In this document: positions 50,701 through 59,700 of the stretch, piece by piece
How the letters are laid out: the number at the start of each line of letters is the position of its first letter
How positions within the stretch are numbered: the first letter of the stretch is position 1
The notes under the pieces: model-generated
What the model saw: only the letters and a program-made list of their open reading frames with translations
What the model was told of the DNA's origin: nothing
The model's database searches: none
Program-made: the position numbers and the translations under genes
Origin: Botryllus schlosseri
Lineage: Eukaryota
Assembly (NCBI GenBank): GCA_051294905.1
Contig: CM119372.1
Location: forward strand, 7,194,001-7,258,000
Length of the DNA stretch: 64,000 nt
Direction: 5' to 3'

Positions 50701-53700
50701 CTCCACACAATATGAGAGGTTAGTTGCTATCTGCGAGGCACCCGTCTCGATATACGCCTTATTTTGTACAGTATATGCATATTGAAATAAACCCAAATGT
50801 TTTCGGCTGACACTCATCATGGGTAATCGTCAACAACTAGCGGAGAATTGTAGTTGTTGTAATCGTAATCATTACCCCTGACGATTGTGTGCTATTTTAT
50901 TGTATGTTGAAGTTCTGTACCTGCAAGAAGACTTTATTTTGTAATTTAGCAACTTGGACATTTCTACATTGGAAGAGGAGATTCGTAATCTCAATTCGGA
51001 GTTGAGCGACCTCAAGAAAAGGGCAAATGAACAATCGCAACTGCTAACAAGCTTATTCCAGAATACAAAACTTAGTACACTATTAGAAACGATGCCCGAT
51101 ATACCTCCATTCAGATCAGGTTTGCATAGTTCTCAGTGCTTGCTTTTCGCCGTGTAGTGTACATTATCATAAATTAAACCTGTATTCTGCGATTATATCT
51201 GGGGAATTGATACTGAGTTAACGTATTTGGAGTAAATATAGGGCTGGATTTGATGGAAATATCATGAATGAGTAGTGAGTTATATTGGTAGCAACCCGCA
51301 ACTGATATCTATTTTTAGACCCGCTTGGTTGTCTCTGATGATAAATGTTTAGGGGATTTCCCTGCCTGATACAATTCATAGCATAAGGACTTGTGTTGAC
51401 TGTTGATAGAAGCTTGAGACAAAGTGCGTATGCCTACAATGACACAAGTACTGAGCATCATTGTTCTCGGATGTGAATGTTTTCTGTGGGTAGTACATGG
51501 CCCATGGTAGGCCTTGGGTTTAGCGTCATTTGAAATTACTTATTTGTAAGTAATTCCGGATTGTACATTAGGGCTCTTCAAAAATGACTTTTTTCTCAAA
51601 TCGCACTGGCTACTTGATAAAATTGTTAGGTTACCTAATTTAAGCCTACACACCAAATTTGGTTCAATTCCAACCAGTGGAAGCGGAGTTATTGCTGTCG
51701 AAAAATTTGGATTTTAATAAAATAGTATTTACGGTGGGCACCACCATAATAAATAATTAAAGACATTGTCACCGTAAATACTATTTTATTCATAATCCAA
51801 ATTTTTCGACGGCAATAACTCCGCTTCCACTGGTTGGAATTGAACCAAATTTGGTGAACATCGTTTCTATAGACAACCCAACACTTTCATGGGGTGAACA
51901 GAAAATTTTCAAATTTTTTGGTATTTATTTTTATATAATAAATAGAAACTTTGTTCTCCTGTATTAATGCGGCTACTGCTTCGAATTGAACCAAATTTGG
52001 TATTTAGGCTTAAATTAGGTAACCTAACAATTTTATCAAGTAGCCAGTGCGATTTGAGAAAAACAGACATTTTTGAAGAGCCCTATTGTACATGTTCGTA
52101 CAAGCTACTCCTGGTAGTGGTATTTAATCTCCGTTACAAGTACCGGTAATGTATTTGATGATGTCATGCATTTAAGCTGATTGATTCACGATTGATCAAC
52201 ATTTCCTTCGGCAAAACATGAAATAGGCGTATAATTCAAAATTATCATCTCAAGTTCATTCATGAATCTGCAATTATTTTCATGAAAACGTAACTGTTTT
52301 GTTGTAAATTGAGTACGGTACAGTAAAGTTTTTGTGCTGCAGGCAGTGAAAAACCGTCCTTGTTATTATGACGATTATGGCGAAAGTTGTGAACTGTTGT
52401 TGCCTTCATTTGTTTGGTCTGTTTTAAATTTATCGCCTATTTAGTAGTGATATGTAGGTCATGGTAGGACTTGGCAAATTTGAGTTACCTTGACAGAGGT
52501 AAAGATTATGTGCAAATTCTGTCAGTATACCTCTGAAATTCACTGTGTCTGGATATACCACTCGTATTGTGAACCTAACATTTATTGGTTTACTTGATGA
52601 TATTTCGAGTATAATGGCCGCAGAGGTATTCAATCTTGTCACCAATGTAAGTTGTCAACTGACCATTACACTGGAAATACCACGACCATCGAAAGCAATT
52701 TTTTACCTGTATCTTCAGTTTTTCTTTCTCTCCATTAGCATATCGTGAAATCTGTTGATCATGAGTTCAAGTATCATATGTGCTGTTTGGATGATCACAA
52801 AAATTGAAATGATCCGACTGACCTAGTGTGTGGATTGTTGGACGATGGACATCCTTGTTGCTGTATACGTAGGCTATAGTCGTTGTTCATAATATGGCGA
52901 ATCGTTTAACTTCCGACTTCGCAAATTCTACCGATGATTCGCGCAATTTGCGTGAAAGCTATGTCGATTAGAAATATAATCTGTTGAAACAATCTTACCT
53001 AGATCCTTTGCCACAATGTCGCAATCCAGGGTTGTGCGTGCGTCAAAAAATCAACTCCTCGCCGAAGATTAGCAGGAGAGCTGCTAACAGCAACGAGTTG
53101 GCGGGCGGCAGCCATTCGCTATCTCGAAAAGACTCTCGCGAACTTATGTTGACCGAGGACGCGGCGTCAAAGCAAAAAATTTTGAAACTTCATGACGGGG
53201 GTCCTTCCATCATGTCCACCGAGGAATTCATCCGGTCGCTAGATCAGGAAGGAAATATTCAAGTGAGTTAGGTCACGGAGATATTGTAATCGTAAAGTTT
53301 ATAGCTCGGGCTGGGCGTGATATTCTGTGGAGTATGGAGTATTCATTCTAATGTTTTCAGCTAAGTAGTGATCGAGCTAGTTTTCTCTACTACCTAACTA
53401 AATTATACGCTCCTGGACACAGAGAGTTTATTTATCAACCATAATTCTAATTTCAATAGCCTATTTCCCACCTGTGAAAGCCTTGAAACCTCAATTGGTC
53501 GTATCGCAGCATACTGAATGTGTTGTACAAAGCAACGCACGTTAGTGTAAATGACATTACTGTGAAGTCGTGGTCAACTGACAGCATTGCTACGAAGTGC
53601 AATGAAATATGCAAGTTTGAAAAATACCTAAGTATCTTTAATGTGATGTATAACTGGCCTTATACCTAGGCTAGTTGTGGTAGCGTAAAGGATACATGTT

Positions 53701-56700
53701 TGAACTTTCTGCCATCTTTTATACTGTTATGACATCATGGGTGAATACATTCCATTATAGTTTAGCAATTTTTTTGACATTTGTATGTAATGCATACCCC
53801 AGGAATTGTCCGTATCTGCCTGTGCAACTGTGAGGAAATCTTTGTATGCCGAATAGGGTCAGGAATTTATGTGTGCAAAATTAATTCAGTACATGATGCT
53901 TGAGTTGAAATGAAATGAAGAGATATGCACTATTAGTTTGCCGATAATACCGAGTCTATCACGCCTTGAAAGAAATTGGTATCGGCCATTAGAGGTAAAA
54001 AAATTCGGCAATTTTTGTGACTTCATGGCGGTAGAGAGTCGGAGAACGATATAATCTAGCAAAATTGATGTCCGGCTGCAGCCTTTCTTGTTGAATTCAT
54101 GTGCAAAATTTGCAATGGCCGTATAGCTATTTAAATGAATGCCCTGAAGTTTTGGAAATGTGCATAAAGCTCGATGTTGTATCTTTTGAATACCAGATGA
54201 ATGTGTATCGGGATTACCGGTGTAGGTGCTAGTTATCTGTTTGATTTGTGTCGGATCAAAAAACTGATATCGGGTGGGCTTTGTTCATGACCTATAAAAC
54301 TCCTGATAGCCTATCTCATAATGTCACGTATACCAAATTCCAGTCGCATTTTCCGGGGATATACAATCGCATTATTATTTTGGACAGTAAATCAAGATGT
54401 GTCATTTCATTTCAGACCCACAGACCATTTCGGGCTAACCATCAACCCGACGGGGTCCCGCTCAATCCCGTGCTGGACATAGCGAGGGTCATTCATAATC
54501 CAGAAACGATACCTCCACGGTAGGTGTTGAAATACTCTGTCCCAGTACTTGCCTGTCAGCGTTGACGGTTGTTTTCAGAGGGCCAATTGTGATGCCGACG
54601 ACAACGGTGCCTACGCGTCAAAACGAACCTTCTCTCATTCTGTCCAAATCACTTGCCAACGGGGGAAGCAGAAAAGGTATTGTTGGAATTGTTGTGTTTG
54701 TCGTGACTAGCCCGGGTGCTTGAATCTGAATTGAGTATTAATTTCAATGATTCAATCGAGTATTGCGAGATGATCTTTTTAGGTGCTGTCATTTTAAATT
54801 CCTTGCCACTAATTTTATTATTTTATTATTATTTTCAACTACGAAAGCCTTGAAAGCTTGATTCCACAGCATACAAAATGTGTAGTACGTACAAAGCCAT
54901 ACCCGTTAGTGGAAATGACATTGAGACATACACAACTGTCAAGTAGTGATTAACCCGCAACATTATCACCAGGGTTGTAGCCAACTCGCACGGTTCCGAG
55001 TCACAAATCAATTTCACTTTTATAATTTTGACTCGAGTCGAGTCTAGTCATTTTCAATTCACCACCGAGTCACGGAGTAGAGAGTCATCGTGTTTTGACT
55101 CAAGTCCGAGTCCAAGTCTTTGTATGTTGACTGTTCAGTTCCGAGGTTATAACACATGAATCCTACTTTTCACAAGTCTGCTCGGTGATCTTGTATGCTT
55201 TGCATTCATAAGGCGGCATACTAATTTTCCTCACTTTAACAGTTTCTGGTAGCGTTTTCAAGTCCCACTACTGACAGACGAAATAACGGTAGTGCGATAA
55301 CTTTACTATTCTTCGAAATTGTATTGATATGCCTGTCTTGGTAAAGAAAATGACTCGAGTCAAGTCGAGTCACCAGAATATCGAGACCAGAGTGATTACA
55401 ATCACACAGTGCAGTGAAATTGGTATGGTGGAAATAGCACTAAATTATCCTCAATGTGATGTATATGGCATTCTATTTTGTGAGGTCGCATGAAAAGTGC
55501 ATATTTGAACGCGATTTATGTTATGCGAACCCATGGGATGAGACTTTGCAGCTTTCACCCGTGCTTCGGCGGTTTTCAGGATCGGTCTCTAATGTTATGG
55601 AGATGGAAAGCGACCAATTCTTCTCGTCGTCGTTAACAAGTACAGACACGCTGATTGTGTCGCCGGTATCTCAAATCCAGCCCAGCCGTATTCTCGGTGA
55701 GTGTGTTTGTGCAAGGACACGAATTTATAACCGTATGATGCTTACTTATCAGAAGTGGTCAGTGACAAAGTACTACTTCCACTTCTGGTTGAACAGATTT
55801 TAGGCAACGCTACTTTTCAAACTTTGGAATTTGAAAAGTATTAGAAAGTGCAAAGTAGCTTTGAGACGAGTTTGCATTGCTTTTATGTACGTGAAATCGT
55901 CTTCACGGTAACTGCCGAATGTATTTTCGATGATTTCAACTATTTGTGGCGTCATTTGTGATTTTCAAAGCAGCCACCACCGATTAACTGCAAAAAGCAT
56001 GTAAACCCTTGACCGCGCTTTTAAAATATAGTAATTTTTCCTCAGTCCCAACAGTTCGTGGCCCTTTTTTCCGAGTATCAGGACTGATAGATGAAATACC
56101 AATAACGTGGTTGGCCTAGCCTCGACTCATATGACTTGGTACAAGTTGAGTCTAAACAAAAATTGACTCAGGTCGAGTCGTTTTACGCATTTGATAAAAT
56201 GACTGGAGTCAAGTCGAGTCATCAAAAAATTGTGAATCGAGATATTACAACCATGAGTTTTGACACGTCTTGGAATTAGGTACTCCAACACGTAATCGTT
56301 ACTGTTATTCTACTTCCCAACTTTTACCACCTCCCGCTGTTGGCGCTATTTTCAGTTGCCGATAATACGCCTGGGCCTGGCTATCAAACTGCAGCGTCCC
56401 ATGAAATTGAGACGCCTTCAAGCCGGTACACGGAGATTTCGTCGGACGAAGACAACGAGTCCGGGGAATTCACGCGGCCCGGAAAGAGCGGATTTAAGCC
56501 AAAGGAATTTGTTGTCCCAACGGTAATTAGTTCAATGTTCATTCTTCAGTATTGATGCCGGCAACTGAGTCTTGATAATGGCCGGCCACGCTAGCGACAT
56601 CGGAATATGTTGCTAGCATGCGATAAAATACGGACGCTATTTGAGTATAATGCCAGATTGGTATTACACATTAAAGGTAATTTTGTGTTTTTCCAACCAT

Positions 56701-59700
56701 ACCTCTTTCATTGCGCTTTGTAACAGCTGCTCGGTTAATTAAGACTTCCGAGTTATATGTAATTTACATTTTAACCCATACCCAGATTTTAACTACATGT
56801 TTTCTTCAGTATAACTGACATTATGTTATCATGTTCCGTTCGATCTTATGAATGGTGTACATTTCAACTTTTCAATTCCCTTATTATGTACAATGTACCA
56901 TGTTATAGCGACGGGTACATAAATATTCGACCTGGAATTGAATCAATCAAATACCATAAACCCGGGTATCATTGGACTTGAGGGTAAATTTGGACACTAA
57001 GCAGTAAAACATTCAAACGGTTATTGATGGAAAAGGGTGGCCGCTGGATTTCCAATTCTTTTTCATGAGGCGAAAGTACCACAAGTAGTCTGGATAAAAG
57101 ATTGATTCATTTCACTACCAGTTAAACTTGACCCAACATCGATAAATTAATGGCGGTGATCAATTTCATCATAATTGATGGTTAACAAAATTCTTATAAA
57201 CATTGATAGTATATGAGCCATAGATTCAAAACTTGGCACCAGATACCTCCAAGTAGTCTTGATATAGAGCGTAAAGGCATAGAAAATACTGCATCGTCCA
57301 AAGTTATCCCACATGCTGCGGAAACTTTGGACACGAATAATAAAAAAAATAGGGTAGCTACATGACCATGAGGATTTTGGATTAGTTTATTCTAATCTTT
57401 GCTCCATATCCCCAGAAAAACACAAAACCCCCTGCACTCTAGCATTTCCAATATATGAAGCAAAATTGTAAAAAATTGTCCAAAGTTACCCTCGTTTACG
57501 ATAGTCGATTTTGCTCTGCTCTCTGCCTACAGTCTACATATGAGCATGTGACACTGAGACACGTGAGTTAGTTTTAGGGTTGTAGAGTCACGTGGTCGAG
57601 TGTCACATGCCCAAATGTCATTTTTCGTGGTGTCGCCGGCTGAAATGTTGGGCAACCACTTAAGACATGTTTGGCGTCTATAAGAGCTCGTCGTATGTAG
57701 CCTCTTGCGCGCTACAAATATATTAGATGTTGGCAATAGGTTTGAAACGTTGTATTTGGCAAATGCCTCTCTGCAAACTTTCGTAGCTATCTTTCAACCT
57801 GTTTGTACGGTTCGCGAGGCAAGTCTGTTTGTTTTGGTGCAGCCGCCTGTCTGTTTTTTCAATAGGGGATTTCCGTTGGTTAAAATTAGTTAAGCTAGCA
57901 CTGTACAACACATTGGTTTCGGGTTATCTGTAGGCGTTGCTAAGAGTGCTTAGTTGCTTAGCTAAGATTAATACGTGATAGGCCACTTGAAAACTTTAGC
58001 GGTGGGACAAATATTTTTATAAAATACAAGTTTATGGATTTCATGTTATGAAAATAAGCAAAGTCACAATATTTGATTGAAGAATTGGGATAGCGGATAT
58101 TGACTTTCTTGATGCGCATTGATGGTCAGTAAAGGGGCTACTTCTACTTTTTCAGAGTCCTCGAGGAGGTTTCCCTTCTCACACTACTTAGTCAAGTTCT
58201 TATGTTTTAGATTACTTCCTCTTTATCAGTTTTTTAAGCAAAACCACCTCCTTTTACGTTTTGGAATTCGAAAAATATAAAGTGGATTTGAGGTTATGCA
58301 GGGGTCGCCAACTCAAACGGGTCTTGGGCCACTTTTCAAATTTCGTAGAGGCCGTGGGCCGCATGAATTCAATATTAAGATCAAATAGCCACGCGGTTTA
58401 ATAACCACGCTTTTAAAACTTTACGTCAGTACGACGCTGTGCTAACTTGGGCGACAGGCATCGTTACTACAAACGAAGTAATATTGTATTACAGAAATAC
58501 AAATACGAAACGAAAAATATCATGATCATCAATTTCATTCTGTTTTCAACTATGAGGGATATCTGACAACGCTTTTCAGCAACTAAGGAATAGATATTGG
58601 AGCTAGTGAGACACGGACACGGTACTAGCTAAAATACTATCTCCTCGAAAAGCATGATCTTGCGAAGAAGCAGTAAGCCCATTTTAAACGTTTCGGTATT
58701 GGCCATTGACCGTCAAGGCAATATGCCCAGCCCATTCAAGCAGCTGATTTGGAATGCTGTTGCCATCGCCGAAACCATTTCAGCTGGTGACGAAGAGTGA
58801 TGTTGGGCACAGGAGAGTAGCTCATTTTCAAGCAACAACAACAATACTTCGAAACTGAAATCAACGTTCAGCATTACAAAATGCTTTGGTTAGCGTACTT
58901 CTGAAATCAGATTGCGGGCCGCAAAATCTGAACTTGCAGGCTGCGGTGTTGGTGACCCCTTCTTTAAAGAGTGAATCGTCATAAGGACAGCGGGCAATAT
59001 AGTCCCTTTATCATTGTATTTGAATTTATAATTCAATGTATTGTTTTTTAAATAATATTTTCTAGGATATTTGTAATGTCATCTTGTGTTAGTCGTGAAG
59101 GTGCATCTTGCTATTTGGAGAGTAACCACGCGATTACTCGGCCAAATCTACGTTTTGAAACTACTCTCTCAAGAACTTTGCGGGCCGTTCATTTATCACT
59201 AACGTATGTTTTGCAAATTGCTATTCCTAATCAAATAGAAATTTGCGGCATTACTTGTACCTCTACTCGAGTAGACACGCCGACTGCTTTGACCTTACTC
59301 GTCGTTATTGGTGATTCAGGTGGAACGACCATCCCCCGACCAAGGCACATCACGGAAAGCGTTTCAAGACGTCGGCTACCGGGCTCCGGCCGCGCCCACT
59401 AATACTAGACCGGCTATTCGCGCCCGACCTGAGGTAAAATAATAGGTCCAGTGTAGGCCTACCTTCTTACCCGCACCCTATAACTCCCGTACGACGTCGA
59501 GGGATTGCGGACTGTGTGCAACTGCAGTGGGTGGCACAGTTTGACAGCTAGAACAATTCCAACTTTTCCAAATTAGATTAGATTTGGAATTATAGCTACA
59601 CTGTTTTCCAAATTTAGAATTATTGAATTCGCAAAAACATGAAATTGAATTGAATTGTGAGTTAGGAATGAAATGCAAAAAGCCATATCAAGTTGGAGTT

